DNA of 63,586 bases from a bacterium (GTDB lineage: Bacteria > JACRDZ01 > JAQUKH01). The notes below the pieces were generated by a model. The model had not been told where the DNA came from. It did not search any database and saw only the letters and a program-made list of their open reading frames with translations. Of this stretch, positions 39,029-49,705 are shown piece after piece. Made by a program: the position numbers and the translations under genes. The stretch spans positions 1-63,586 of the forward strand of contig JAQUKH010000011.1 of the NCBI GenBank assembly GCA_028719205.1, in the 5' to 3' direction. How positions within the stretch are numbered: the first letter of the stretch is position 1; every line of letters starts with the position of its first letter.

Positions 39029-39101
39029 TTTATTGCCTTTATTAAATCTGATCTATTAAAGATCCAATTTCAGTCAGATCAGAAGATGAAAGTATTTCCC
39101 C

Positions 39102-41072
39102 CTATTCATACCGCAAAGCCTCGACCGGATTAAGTATTGAAGCCTGTTTCGCGGGCCAAAGGCCGAAACCAATACCGATACCGACGGAAAAAGTTGTTGA
39201 AAGGACTATTGAAAAAGTCGAAATACTTGTCGGCCAGCCGGCAATTTTTGCCATTGCTATCGAAACCCCGCAGCCGAATAAAATCCCTAAAATCCCTCCA
39301 AGCGAAGCCATTACTACCGACTCAATTAAAAACTGGGTCATTATATCAATTCTTCTCGCGCCAATGGCTTTGCGAAGGCCGATCTCTTTTGTCCGCTCGG
39401 TCACAGAAACAAGCATTATGTTCATAATGCCTATTCCGCCGACTATCAGAGATATTGTGGCAATTGATCCTAAAAGCCAGGCAAGTGTCTTGGTAGTACT
39501 TTGCATCGCTTCTTGAATATCCGCCATATTACGTATTGAAAAGGAATCTTCATCTTTTTTACTAAGCCGGTGACGTTTAATTATAAGGTTTTTTATTAAA
39601 TCCTGGGCCTCCGGAATTAAAGCGGCATCCTTTACTTCGACATCGATCGAATTTACATATATTTTCCCAAAAAGCCGGAACATCCCGGTAGTAACCGGAA
39701 TAATTATTATGTCATCATTATCCTCCCAAGCCGATGCCCCCTTTTCAGGTAAAACTCCAATTACATGAAAATTGATGCTGTTTATTTTAATGATCTTATT
39801 GATCGGATCAGTTGTCCCAAAAAGTTCCCTGATAATAGTTTTTCCCACGATAGCTACTTTCTGCCGGCTTATCAATTCTTCTTTTGTAAAAAATCTTCCT
39901 TTTACCGGTACGGCCGCCCGCATTTCCGCATAATTCACCCCAACTCCCCTGACTTGTGTATTCCAGTTTTTATTGCCAAATACCACCTGCCCGCGGCCGT
40001 TAACATTTGGAGAAACCGCCTTTAAAGGCGATAATTGAGAAATCGCGCTGGCATCCTGCAACGTTAAACGTGTAATGGCACCCGCCTGCATAGCCACACC
40101 GTGAGTCCTCGCCGAACCCGGCCTTACCATTAAAAGATTTGAGCCTAAAGAAGCCAGCCTTTTCGCGATCGATTCTTTCGCGCCCTGGCCCAGAGCCAGC
40201 ATCGCGATAACCGCGGCTACTCCTATAAAAATACCCAGCATTGAAAGAGCCGTCCTCATTTTGTGAGACAGAATTGCCTGTATCGCCTGCCGCAAATGGT
40301 CCTGAAATTCTGCCGTTCCTACAGGAGAAACGGTTTCACAAACTTCAGTTTCTTCTTCTTTACTTCTAACCGATGGAGAAAGTTCAACAACCGGAACCGT
40401 GGGAATTTTAGTTTCATCTGAAATAATTTTTCCATCGCGCATTTTTATAACTCTTTTGGCATGATGGGCAACATCCGGTTCGTGCGTTATCATGACAATA
40501 GTTTTACCTTTTTTGTTCAGGTCCTTAAAAATCGCCATTACCTCTTCCTGGCTTTTTGTGTCAAGGTTACCTGTCGGTTCGTCCGCGAATATTAAAACCG
40601 GATCATTAACCAGTGCCCGCGCGATAGCAACTCTCTGCTGCTGACCACCTGACAATTCATTAGTATAATTCGTTTTCTTATCCGCTAATCCCACTTCCTC
40701 AAGATTTTTATCCGCATTTTTGAATAAATGTTTATTCCCGCCGTATATTAAAGGGAGTTTAACGTTATCAAGTGTAGTTAATCTCGGGATTAAATGGAAT
40801 TGCTGGAAAACAAAACCTATCGATTGATTCCGCAAATACGCCAATTCATCTTCAGTTAATTTAGAAGTATCTTTTCCATTAAAAAAATATTCACCTGAAT
40901 CCGGACGGTCCAGGAACCCCAAAAGATGCAGCATGGTTGATTTCCCTGAACCCGACGGCCCCATAATAGCGACAAATTCACCAGCTTCAACTTTTAAGTC
41001 AACCCCCAAAAGGGCTTTAAATTCCACATTTCCTGTCCGGTATGTTTTTGTAAGATTTTTTATTTCTATCAT
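39102..41072 (-). CDS. macB: MacB-family fused ABC ATPase/permease, copy B
   Basis: Same motifs. Start placed at MIEIKNL (41072) by paralog alignment and a GGGGA SD; an upstream ATG exists at 41114. Confidence 0.93.
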   Translation of the reverse strand: MIEIKNLTKTYRTGNVEFKALLGVDLKVEAGEFVAIMGPSGSGKSTMLHLLGFLDRPDSGEYFFNGKDTSKLTEDELAYLRNQSIGFVFQQFHLIPRLTTLDNVKLPLIYGGNKHLFKNADKNLEEVGLADKKTNYTNELSGGQQQRVAIARALVNDPVLIFADEPTGNLDTKSQEEVMAIFKDLNKKGKTIVMITHEPDVAHHAKRVIKMRDGKIISDETKIPTVPVVELSPSVRSKEEETEVCETVSPVGTAEFQDHLRQAIQAILSHKMRTALSMLGIFIGVAAVIAMLALGQGAKESIAKRLASLGSNLLMVRPGSARTHGVAMQAGAITRLTLQDASAISQLSPLKAVSPNVNGRGQVVFGNKNWNTQVRGVGVNYAEMRAAVPVKGRFFTKEELISRQKVAIVGKTIIRELFGTTDPINKIIKINSINFHVIGVLPEKGASAWEDNDDIIIIPVTTGMFRLFGKIYVNSIDVEVKDAALIPEAQDLIKNLIIKRHRLSKKDEDSFSIRNMADIQEAMQSTTKTLAWLLGSIATISLIVGGIGIMNIMLVSVTERTKEIGLRKAIGARRIDIMTQFLIESVVMASLGGILGILFGCGVSIAMAKIAGWPTSISTFSIVLSTTFSVGIGIGFGLWPAKQASILNPVEALRYE

Positions 41073-41106
41073 ATTATTCCCCAATTCCATTCTCAAATTT
41101 GAATTT

Positions 41107-43080
41107 TTATTCATATCGTAAAGCTTCGACAGAATTAAGCATTGAGGCCTGTTTCGCGGGCCATAGGCCGAAACCCACTCCTACCCCAATGGAAAAAGTT
41201 GTCGAAATTAATATTGAAAAAATTGAAATACTTGTCGGCCAGCCGGCAATTTTTGCCATTGCTATCGAAACCCCGCAGCCGAATAAAATCCCTAAAATTC
41301 CTCCAAGCGAAGTCATAACGACCGATTCAATTAAAAATTGAGTCATTATATCAACTCTCCGGGCTCCAATGGCTTTACGAAGGCCAATTTCTTTTGTCCG
41401 TTCCGACACAGAAACTAACATTATATTCATGATGCCGATTCCGCCAACTATTAAAGATATAGCCGCGATAGATCCCAAAAGCCATGCGAGTGTTTTAGTT
41501 GTACTCTCCATTGCATCCTGAATGTCTGCCATGTTCCTGATCTGATACGCGTCATTCGCGTTTTTCACGGAAACGTGATGCCGTGTATTGAGTAAATTTT
41601 TTATTGAATCCTGAGCCTCGGGAATCAGCGCGGGATCTTTTATTTCAGCATCAATTGAGTCAACATATTCTTTACCAAAAAGCCGATACATCGCTGTTGT
41701 GACAGGAATTACAATAATATCATCATTATCCCGAAAGCCGCTGGCCCCCTTCTCCGGCAAAGTTCCGATCACCTGGAAATTATCGCCATTTATTTTTATG
41801 GTCGCGTTAACAGGATCCTCATCTCCAAAAACCTGCCTGATAACTGTTTTCCCGATTACAGCTACCTTCTGCCTGCCAGCTAACTCATCTATTGTAAAAA
41901 ATCGTCCTGAAACAGGTTCGGACGCCCGCATTGGAGCATAATTAATACCTGTCCCCTGGATAGAAGTATTCCAGTTTTTATTGCCATAAACAACCTGCCC
42001 CTTGCCGTTACTTGATGGGGAAACCCTCCTTACAGGTGATAAAGTAGATATTAAGTCCGCGTCCTGTAAAGTCAAACGAGTAACTGCCGCGGCGCCTAAA
42101 GATACCCCGCGTATTTCTGTTGAACCCGGCCTTATCATTAAAAGGTTTGAACCTAAAGAAGACAGCCTTTGTGTGATTGATTCTTTCGCACCCTGGCCCA
42201 GGGCCAGCATTGTAATAACCGCGGCTACTCCGATAAAAATACCCAGCATTGAAAGGGCTGTTCTCATTTTGTGAGAAAGAATTGCCTGTATGGCCTGCCG
42301 CAAATGATCCTGAAATCCTGCCTTACCCGCAGAAGAAGCGCCTTCGCAAACTTCCGTTCCCTCTTCCTTTATTTTACCCGATGGACAAATTTCAACAACA
42401 GGAACCGTGGGAATTTTAGTTTCATCCGAAATAATTTTTCCATCGCGCATTCTTATAACTCTTTTGGCATGAAGGGCAACATCCGGTTCGTGAGTTATCA
42501 TTACAATGGTTTTACCTTTTCTATTAAGGTCTTTAAATATCTCCATCACCTCATCCTGGCTTTTTGTGTCCAGATTACCGGTTGGCTCATCCGCAAATAT
42601 AATAAAGGGATCATTAACAAGAGCACGCGCGATCGCTACTCTCTGCTGCTGCCCCCCTGAGAGCTCATTTGAATAATTCGTTTTCTTATCCGCTAATCCC
42701 ACTTCCTCCAGATTTTTATCCGCGTTTTTGAATAAATGTTTGTTACCGCCGTATATTAAAGGGAGTTTAACGTTATCAAGTGTAGTTAATCTCGGGATTA
42801 AATGAAACTGCTGGAAGACAAAACCTATCGATTGGTTCCTTAGAAATGCCAATTCATCTTCAGTTAATTTAGAGGTATCTTTTCCGTTAAAAAAATATTC
42901 TCCTGAATCCGGACGGTCCAGAAACCCTAAAAGATGAAGCATAGTTGATTTTCCTGAACCCGATGGCCCCATAATGGCAACAAATTCACCTGCTTCAACT
43001 TTAAGGTCTACCCCAAGAAGGGCTTTAAACTCAATCTTGCCCGTCCGGTATGTTTTTGTAAGATTTTTTATTTCAATCAT
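41107..43080 (-). CDS. macB: MacB-family fused ABC ATPase/permease, copy C
   Basis: Same motifs. Start placed at MIEIKNL (43080) rather than 43197. Confidence 0.93.
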   Translation of the reverse strand: MIEIKNLTKTYRTGKIEFKALLGVDLKVEAGEFVAIMGPSGSGKSTMLHLLGFLDRPDSGEYFFNGKDTSKLTEDELAFLRNQSIGFVFQQFHLIPRLTTLDNVKLPLIYGGNKHLFKNADKNLEEVGLADKKTNYSNELSGGQQQRVAIARALVNDPFIIFADEPTGNLDTKSQDEVMEIFKDLNRKGKTIVMITHEPDVALHAKRVIRMRDGKIISDETKIPTVPVVEICPSGKIKEEGTEVCEGASSAGKAGFQDHLRQAIQAILSHKMRTALSMLGIFIGVAAVITMLALGQGAKESITQRLSSLGSNLLMIRPGSTEIRGVSLGAAAVTRLTLQDADLISTLSPVRRVSPSSNGKGQVVYGNKNWNTSIQGTGINYAPMRASEPVSGRFFTIDELAGRQKVAVIGKTVIRQVFGDEDPVNATIKINGDNFQVIGTLPEKGASGFRDNDDIIVIPVTTAMYRLFGKEYVDSIDAEIKDPALIPEAQDSIKNLLNTRHHVSVKNANDAYQIRNMADIQDAMESTTKTLAWLLGSIAAISLIVGGIGIMNIMLVSVSERTKEIGLRKAIGARRVDIMTQFLIESVVMTSLGGILGILFGCGVSIAMAKIAGWPTSISIFSILISTTFSIGVGVGFGLWPAKQASMLNSVEALRYE

Positions 43081-43087
43081 ATTTTCA

Positions 43088-44551
43088 TTATCTTCCCCCG
43101 AATAAACCCATAGTAGGCCTTCTGGTAGTATCAGAACCTTTTGCAGCCTTTGGCTCAGATTTACTAATGACATCTCCTTCTTCCAACCCTGATACAATTT
43201 CCGTAAATTCCCAGTTATTAACCCCGGTTTTTACTTCACGTTCCACAGATTTATCATCCTTGATCACATAAACAATTTTAGTTTTATCCTTATCTTTGAT
43301 AGAATCATTCGGAATGAATAAAACATCTTTGCCTTCCGAAGTTATCATTTCCAGTGACGCGTTCATTCCCGGTTTAAGTATTATACTTGGATTTTTAATC
43401 TCCACCCTGACGTTGAAAGTCGTCACATTCTGTACAATAACTCCCAGGGGCGCTATTCTTATTATACGGCCTTCAAAATTCTTCTTAGGAAACGCGTCAA
43501 CTGTAATCTTTACTGATTGCCCGACTTGGATTTTACCTATGTCTGTTTCATCCACGTCCGCGTCAATATATACCTTTGTCAGGTTAGCCATAACCGCGAT
43601 AGTTGTACCTATGGAATTAAGAGACATACCTGATGATATTACAGTTCCTTCTGCCACATTCGTTTGCAGAATGGTCCCTGCCATCGGCGCGGTAACTCTT
43701 GTATCTTTCAAATTATCTTCAGCTAATTGTAAAGCCACTTTATCTTTAACAACATCTGTCTGTGCCGTAATAATATCCTGTTCTCTTGATTCTTCCGAGA
43801 CTACCTTTTGCTGTGCTTTCTGAAGGTCCAATTCAGCCTGCGTTATTTGAAACCTTGCCATATCAAGGTCTTCTTTTGTGGCGGGTGTTTTTGTAAGCTC
43901 TAAACTTTGAAGAGCCTGTTCATAATCTGATTGCGCCGATTCAAGTTTTGTTTTCGCGGATTCAATATCATCCTTTGAAACAAAACCCTTTTCATTTAAC
44001 TTGGATAACCTTTCATATTGGCTCTGGGCTAAATCCAGATTTGATTTTGCTTTTTCAAGATTAGACTGGGCGCGTTTTATTTCTTCAGGCCGTGACCCGA
44101 TTTGTAATTGAGTAAGTTTCAGCTTAGATATATTCAGATTATTTTCAGCAGTCTTCACCGCGCGGTCATTATCTTCTTTTTCATATTTAACATCTATTTT
44201 TATTTTTTCCAGTCTGGCCATTGAAGCATCCAAATCCGCCTTTGCCTGATCCACAACAGGCTGGGTAAAGGTCTTTTCAATCTCCGCGATGAGATCCCCA
44301 TTTTTCAGATAATCACCCTGTTCAACCGGCATATTAATGATTTTACCGCTGGCCTTTGACTTAACTTCAACTGTAGTATAAGGCTCAATGGTTCCGGTTA
44401 CATTGACCGAAACAATGAGCTCTCCCCGCTTAACCGTAAATATACTTTCCTTAGGTTTACTGCTGGATTTATTTTTAATTAAAAATTTGTATGCCAAAAA
44501 AATAATTCCAGCAATAATAATAATAGCCGCTATCCATTTAATTTTTTTCAC
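43088..44551 (-). CDS. MacA-like periplasmic adaptor (membrane fusion protein) with long coiled coil
   Basis: VEVKSKASGKI, APMAGTIL, VDETDIG, LKPGMNA, V.TG...EI.SGL.EG. Confidence 0.9.
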   Translation of the reverse strand: MKKIKWIAAIIIIAGIIFLAYKFLIKNKSSSKPKESIFTVKRGELIVSVNVTGTIEPYTTVEVKSKASGKIINMPVEQGDYLKNGDLIAEIEKTFTQPVVDQAKADLDASMARLEKIKIDVKYEKEDNDRAVKTAENNLNISKLKLTQLQIGSRPEEIKRAQSNLEKAKSNLDLAQSQYERLSKLNEKGFVSKDDIESAKTKLESAQSDYEQALQSLELTKTPATKEDLDMARFQITQAELDLQKAQQKVVSEESREQDIITAQTDVVKDKVALQLAEDNLKDTRVTAPMAGTILQTNVAEGTVISSGMSLNSIGTTIAVMANLTKVYIDADVDETDIGKIQVGQSVKITVDAFPKKNFEGRIIRIAPLGVIVQNVTTFNVRVEIKNPSIILKPGMNASLEMITSEGKDVLFIPNDSIKDKDKTKIVYVIKDDKSVEREVKTGVNNWEFTEIVSGLEEGDVISKSEPKAAKGSDTTRRPTMGLFGGR

Positions 44552-44612
44552 CGATCGAATCCTCCGTTAATCTGATTTAATTTTATATTATTGTAATATA
44601 CACTAAAAAGAT

Positions 44613-46043
44613 TTATTTCTGCCGTTCAGGTTTACTTATAATCTCTCCTTCATCCAAACCCAACATAATTTCAGTAAAATCCATGTTGCTTAATCCTGTT
44701 TTAACTTCACACGGTATTGGTTTACCATCCCATAAAACAAATACTTTTTTCTTATTATCCACATTTTGGATTACATTGTTCGGCACGAATAAAACATTAT
44801 GCGCTTCTTTTACTATTACTTTAAACAGCAGGTTCATATCGGGTTTAAGCAATTTATCCGGATTTGCTATTTCAACCGTTATTTCAGAAGTTTTTGTATT
44901 TTTCACCGGTGCCTCTTCAGGCATTATTTTTGTCACAAGGCCTGTAAAATTATTTTCCGGAAATATGTCTGCTGTAATCTTTAACTGTTTGCCTTCTTTT
45001 AAATCTGCTAAATCATTGTTATTAATCTTGGCATTTATATATACTTTTGAAATATCCGCCATTGTCGCTACAACAGCCCCCGCGGAACTAAACAGCATTT
45101 CTGATGATATTTTCTGTCCTTTTTCAAAATTCTTCTGTAAAATAGTCCCCGCTATCGGGGCAGTGACCATTGTAGCCTTCAAATTTTCTTCAGCGATTTT
45201 AAAAGCCTCCTGTTTTTTTGAAACTTCAGATCCAGCGGCAATAACATCCTTTTCCCTGGCTTTCTGGGCATTTATCTTTTCTTCGGCTTTTGCAAGTTCC
45301 AGTTCCGCCTGTTTTATCCCAAATTTTTCCACATCAACTTTTTCTTTCACAATAGGATTTTTTATTAATTCTAAATAATTTAGCACTAATCCATATTCAG
45401 ATTCCGCGGATTCCAAATTCAACTTTAATAAGGCTAATTCCTTAGTCGGAACAGGTTTTCTTTTACTTAATTCACTGATCTTTTTCTGTAGATCATTTAT
45501 AGTAAGCTTAAAGTCCACTTCCTGTTTTATAAGTTCCGATTCAGTTGCAACATTATCTTTTCTATATGCCTCCTTTATTTTTTCTCTTTCAATTGCATTT
45601 TTTAGCTCGAGTTTTCTTACCTCCAAATTATCTTCAGCAGCTTTTAAAAATTTTTGATTTCTTTCTTTTTCAACCTCAACTTCAGTTTTTATTTTTTCAA
45701 ATCTGGCTTTCGCGGCGTTTAACTCCCCCCCAACTTTAGCTGCAGCTGATCTAATTACAGCATTTTCAATTTCCGCGACAAGCGCGCCTTCTTCCATAAA
45801 ATCACCTTTTGCTACAGGCATTTTTATTATTTCACCTGTTGCTTTGGATTTTATTTCCACAACATTTAAAGGCTTAATAGTTGCCAACATATTGACGGAA
45901 AAAAGGACATCGCCGCGCTTAACCTTAATTATGCCCTCTTCGTCTTTTAAATAAAGCTTTTTCCGGGTTAACAGTTTGCCTGCAAAAAAAACAACTCCGG
46001 CAAAAATAATGATAATTATTAGAATTTTATATTTCTTCACCAA
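44613..46043 (-). CDS. Second, divergent MacA-like periplasmic adaptor
   Basis: VEIKSKATGEI, APIAGTIL, LKPDM, VKTGL...EI..GL.EGE. Confidence 0.85.
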   Translation of the reverse strand: MVKKYKILIIIIIFAGVVFFAGKLLTRKKLYLKDEEGIIKVKRGDVLFSVNMLATIKPLNVVEIKSKATGEIIKMPVAKGDFMEEGALVAEIENAVIRSAAAKVGGELNAAKARFEKIKTEVEVEKERNQKFLKAAEDNLEVRKLELKNAIEREKIKEAYRKDNVATESELIKQEVDFKLTINDLQKKISELSKRKPVPTKELALLKLNLESAESEYGLVLNYLELIKNPIVKEKVDVEKFGIKQAELELAKAEEKINAQKAREKDVIAAGSEVSKKQEAFKIAEENLKATMVTAPIAGTILQKNFEKGQKISSEMLFSSAGAVVATMADISKVYINAKINNNDLADLKEGKQLKITADIFPENNFTGLVTKIMPEEAPVKNTKTSEITVEIANPDKLLKPDMNLLFKVIVKEAHNVLFVPNNVIQNVDNKKKVFVLWDGKPIPCEVKTGLSNMDFTEIMLGLDEGEIISKPERQK

Positions 46044-47304
46044 TTGCGTCTTCCCATTCAGCTAATTTAACTTTGTAATTATAGTACGCGTCCAAAAGAT
46101 TTAATTTGGATTGTGTATAAACAACTTCCGCATCGATAAGATTTAAGGATGAAACCAGTCCATTCTGATACTGAACTTTTACGATGTCATAATTTTCTGT
46201 AGCCAGTTCCAGATTTTTCCTGCTTATCTCAAGCGAATTCCTCAAATTTTCCAGGTCATTGTATATCTTCTGGACATTTAAAATAATTTGCTTTTCAAGT
46301 TTCATGTATTCTTCTTCTGTCCTATTTTTATTTATTTCCGCCTGGCGAATTGAAGTTTTTGTTAAACCGGCATCGAAAACCGTCCAGGAAAGGTTGACCC
46401 CAACTCTCCATTCTCTGTTATTAAATTGAGGTTTGTCATCACTCCAGCCTAAACTTCCCGAACCGCCGATCACCGGCAGATAGCCGGTACGCGCGATATC
46501 AATATTTGCCTTTGAGATATTCATATCATAATCTTTTACTTTTAATTGATAATTATTTTTTTTAGCTCTTTCTGCGTATTCCTCAAGCGCAAAATGTTCC
46601 GCTAATATTTTTTTGGTTCCATCATCTATGCTTTCTTTTGATGTAAATTGAAAATCTTTTTCCAGAGGAATATTCAAAAGATTATTTAAAATCATTTTCG
46701 CGGACCTAAGATCATTCTGGGTCGTATTCAGATTCTGCCGGGTTCCCTCTAATGTAATTTCTGCCCGGAGTATATCGGTTTTTATTGCTTTCCCCTGCTC
46801 CAGCAAATTCTGTGAATATTTCAGCTGTTCTTCATCACGCGCGAAAGTATCTTTATAGAAATCCAGTTTTGATTGTAAACCCAGGACGTTATAGTAGGCC
46901 GTCTTAACCGCTAAAATAATTGCGTGTCTTACCTGGTAATCGATATACCTGGTTTGTTCAATGGACAAATCCGTTTGGTTAATCAGTAAATTAAGCTTAC
47001 GGTTAAAAATGTTCTGTGTAAGGCTTATTGAATTACTATAGTTATCCTGGGGGCTAATCACTCCTATAGAACCGGCGTCAGTGCGGGAATAATTGCTTCC
47101 CAAATTAAAAGACGGGAATAATGATGACTGGTTTTTCCTTTTTTGCAGAAATGTATTTTCTTTGTTTTTCTGGGCAATCTTCCAGTCAGAATTATTCTGA
47201 AGCGCGATTTCAACCGCCTTTTCCAGCGTTAAATCTTCACCATATATTTTTTGTCCAATGAGACAGAAAATAAACATAAATAATAAAATTTCCCTTGTTT
47301 TCAT
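46027..47304 (-). CDS. TolC-family outer membrane efflux protein
   Basis: LTLEKAVEIAL.NN, two OEP repeats, Y..G....L..IDAE. Start at 47304 or 47316. Confidence 0.9.
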   Translation of the reverse strand: MKTREILLFMFIFCLIGQKIYGEDLTLEKAVEIALQNNSDWKIAQKNKENTFLQKRKNQSSLFPSFNLGSNYSRTDAGSIGVISPQDNYSNSISLTQNIFNRKLNLLINQTDLSIEQTRYIDYQVRHAIILAVKTAYYNVLGLQSKLDFYKDTFARDEEQLKYSQNLLEQGKAIKTDILRAEITLEGTRQNLNTTQNDLRSAKMILNNLLNIPLEKDFQFTSKESIDDGTKKILAEHFALEEYAERAKKNNYQLKVKDYDMNISKANIDIARTGYLPVIGGSGSLGWSDDKPQFNNREWRVGVNLSWTVFDAGLTKTSIRQAEINKNRTEEEYMKLEKQIILNVQKIYNDLENLRNSLEISRKNLELATENYDIVKVQYQNGLVSSLNLIDAEVVYTQSKLNLLDAYYNYKVKLAEWEDAIGEEI

Positions 47305-47334
47305 AAAATTGTTCACCTTTATCTAACTAAAGAA

Positions 47335-47356
47335 GGGCGAGACCACGCTCGCCCTA
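47335..47356. other. GC-rich hairpin upstream of tolC
   Basis: agggcgag-accacg-ctcgccct 8-bp stem. Confidence 0.55.
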
Positions 47357-47431
47357 GATTTATATCAAAAATATCATAAAAAAACCATAGGCAAATCCCA
47401 CTTTTTTCTGACTTTTCTTCACATAAAAGTA

Positions 47432-47968
47432 TTATTTTTTCCCATGTTCATGCTTTTCTTGCTTTTCACCATCTTTACTTGCCTTTATCAATTCATGCAG
47501 TTTTTTTGTCTGTTCCTCAGTTAACACATTTTTGACTTTAACGGAAGTTTCTATACAATTATATTCTATTTCACCTTCCAATACCGCTATTTTCTCTATT
47601 ATCTTTTTCACCTCCGCCAGATCAACATTATCTTTTTTAACAAGAGCTTTCTTATCAATTTTAAGAGTGTCTACTTCAGCCTGTTTTTTAATAGCATCTT
47701 TTTTGCAATTTATTTCCAATTCCCGTAATTTTGTGATTTGCTCTTCTTTTAATTCGATTTCTTTAGAATGCTTTACTATTTTCTCGATCTTCATACAGGC
47801 CGCGCATTCTTTTTTATCCCCGTGCATCATTTTTTCCGGTCCCTTTTGCATCATGGTCGGACAGGTTTTATCTTTACCTGTTTTTTCACACTCCTCATGC
47901 GCGAACGCTGCACCGGCAGACAGCAATAAAACTAGAAAAGAAATAATAATTTTTGATTTGTTTTTCAT
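47432..47968 (-). CDS. Spy/CpxP-like periplasmic protein, Cys/His/Met-rich
   Basis: Signal peptide (AAFA), L.EEQ and VLTEEQ motifs, CAAC, HEHG tail. Confidence 0.75.
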   Translation of the reverse strand: MKNKSKIIISFLVLLLSAGAAFAHEECEKTGKDKTCPTMMQKGPEKMMHGDKKECAACMKIEKIVKHSKEIELKEEQITKLRELEINCKKDAIKKQAEVDTLKIDKKALVKKDNVDLAEVKKIIEKIAVLEGEIEYNCIETSVKVKNVLTEEQTKKLHELIKASKDGEKQEKHEHGKK

Positions 47969-47986
47969 GGCCTTTACCTCCTTATT

Positions 47987-48448
47987 TTAATGTTTGGTTT
48001 TATTTCCATCCAGAAAATGTCCTAAGATAACAGTAAAAAATTTCTCTTGTTGTTCCGGCGTAAGAATCTCTTTATCCGCCAGAAGATGCTCCACTACTTC
48101 CCGCTGAAGTACAGATTGAGATGAATCAATCAGGCTAAGCATATCTTCAACACGAGTAGAATCAGGAGATTCTTTCATTAATTCTTTAACAAGTGTATGT
48201 CTTTTTTCTTTTAATTCCTGAGACAGGGCTTCAATTTTCGATTCATACTTTTCCCTGGAGCTTTTCATCCTGGAAACCTGTTCATCAGTAAGATGGAACT
48301 GTTTTTTCATGTGAATAAAATGTTCTTCTCTGCCAAGGGGGAAAAATCCTCTTTTATGATAAACACGTTTAAATATAAATGTTCCAAGTATAGAAAGATT
48401 GATGATCGTAAGTATAACAAGAATAATCATAAACCATTTTTTATTCAC
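47987..48448 (-). CDS. Spy/CpxP/CnrX-like periplasmic sensor
   Basis: N-terminal TM; LTDEQ and ILTPEQ LTxxQ motifs. Confidence 0.8.
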   Translation of the reverse strand: MNKKWFMIILVILTIINLSILGTFIFKRVYHKRGFFPLGREEHFIHMKKQFHLTDEQVSRMKSSREKYESKIEALSQELKEKRHTLVKELMKESPDSTRVEDMLSLIDSSQSVLQREVVEHLLADKEILTPEQQEKFFTVILGHFLDGNKTKH

Positions 48449-48948
48449 GGTAATATTTCCTCCCCATTTTCATTAGAAGCAATAGTCATCGCGTTGCTGA
48501 TATGCTCAGTTTCCAATCTATCCAGATAAAATACCCTGGCAACCTGTTCATTATTGGATATAACCTGATTCCCATTTATTTCTCTTGATAAAAAGTTTCC
48601 TCCAAAATATCCGGTAAGGACTGAGATAAACACCAAAATCACCATTACTGCCGGCTGGAAAATATAAGCGAACTTTTTTCTACTATAAAAAATATCGAAC
48701 AAAACAGGATTATGTTCATATTCTTTTATTTCCGCCGCCAGCCTCGTCCAAATATATCGCGGGGCTTCCTGTTTTTGCACTTTTTCTAACCTCCATAAAC
48801 CGGAAATTACTGTTAAATGTTCCCTGCAATCCGCGCAAACATCAATATGAGTTTTAACTTCCATCATTTCAGGTTGTGATAGTTCATTATCAATGTAAAG
48901 CAATAATTTTCCTTTAATATTTTTGTGTTCCATATTTTTGCCTTTCAA
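48445..48948 (-). CDS. zf-HC2 anti-sigma factor
   Basis: YIDNEL...HIDVCADC zinc motif; single TM. Confidence 0.88.
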   Translation of the reverse strand: MKGKNMEHKNIKGKLLLYIDNELSQPEMMEVKTHIDVCADCREHLTVISGLWRLEKVQKQEAPRYIWTRLAAEIKEYEHNPVLFDIFYSRKKFAYIFQPAVMVILVFISVLTGYFGGNFLSREINGNQVISNNEQVARVFYLDRLETEHISNAMTIASNENGEEILP

Positions 48949-48982
48949 TTATTTAGACAAAGAAAAAAGAAAATACTTGCGG

Positions 48983-49540
48983 TCAATAATCAATTAATTT
49001 TTTAGACAGGTTCTGTTTCGCCCGGAAAAGATAGGATTCCACTGAAGAAATTGAACATTTCATTATTTTAGCAATTTCCTCGTAAGGCAATGCTTCATAA
49101 CGGCTGAGTATAATAGCGACACGCTGATTATCAGGCAGTGTATTAATCGCTTTTTGGACAATTCGTTCAAGTTCAGATTTTTCCAGCTCCTTAAGAGGAT
49201 TATACGCCGGGCTATGAGGTATTTCATCCGGTTTATTCTCCAATAAAAAATCCAAAGAAAGCCACTGGTTTAATTTCTTTTTGCGCTGGAAATTCAGGGC
49301 TTTATTAACCGCGATGCGATACAGCCATGTTGATAATTTTGATTCAGCACGAAACTCTTTTAGCGATTTATACGCTGTAAAAAAAACGTCCTGGGTGATT
49401 TCTTGCGCGTCTTCACTGTTCCCGGAAATCCTGAAAGCCGAGCTGTACACAAAACCTGAAAACGCCTTATAAATCTCCTCAAAAGCTTGTATATCGCCCT
49501 TTGATGCTTGTTTCAGAATGTCATCTGAAATATCCTGCAT
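48983..49540 (-). CDS. ECF RNA polymerase sigma factor
   Basis: GD..AF, A.EITQDVF, STWLYRIAVN, LP.NQR, Y.EIA, VESYLFRAK. Confidence 0.93.
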   Translation of the reverse strand: MQDISDDILKQASKGDIQAFEEIYKAFSGFVYSSAFRISGNSEDAQEITQDVFFTAYKSLKEFRAESKLSTWLYRIAVNKALNFQRKKKLNQWLSLDFLLENKPDEIPHSPAYNPLKELEKSELERIVQKAINTLPDNQRVAIILSRYEALPYEEIAKIMKCSISSVESYLFRAKQNLSKKLIDY

Positions 49541-49632
49541 TTCAACCTCTGTATGTTAAACAACAAATTTAAATGAAAACCATATGAACATTATACTTTA
49601 AAACATACATTGAAGAATGACTTTTTTTAAAC

Positions 49633-49682
49633 AAAAAAAAGGTGCTCTTTTAATATCTTAGTGTCTATTAAAAAAGCACCTT
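49633..49682 (-). terminator. Intrinsic terminator after the 49706-50374 gene
   Basis: aaggtgc...ttttaata/tattaaaa...gcacctt stem followed by a T-run on the minus strand. Confidence 0.75.
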
Positions 49683-49705
49683 AAAATTTTTATTCAAATA
49701 TATAA

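Noticed and set aside
39047-39083. Inverted repeat tctgatct...agatcaga between macB copies
   Set aside because: 8-bp AT-rich stem with a 21-nt loop; too weak to call a terminator or element.
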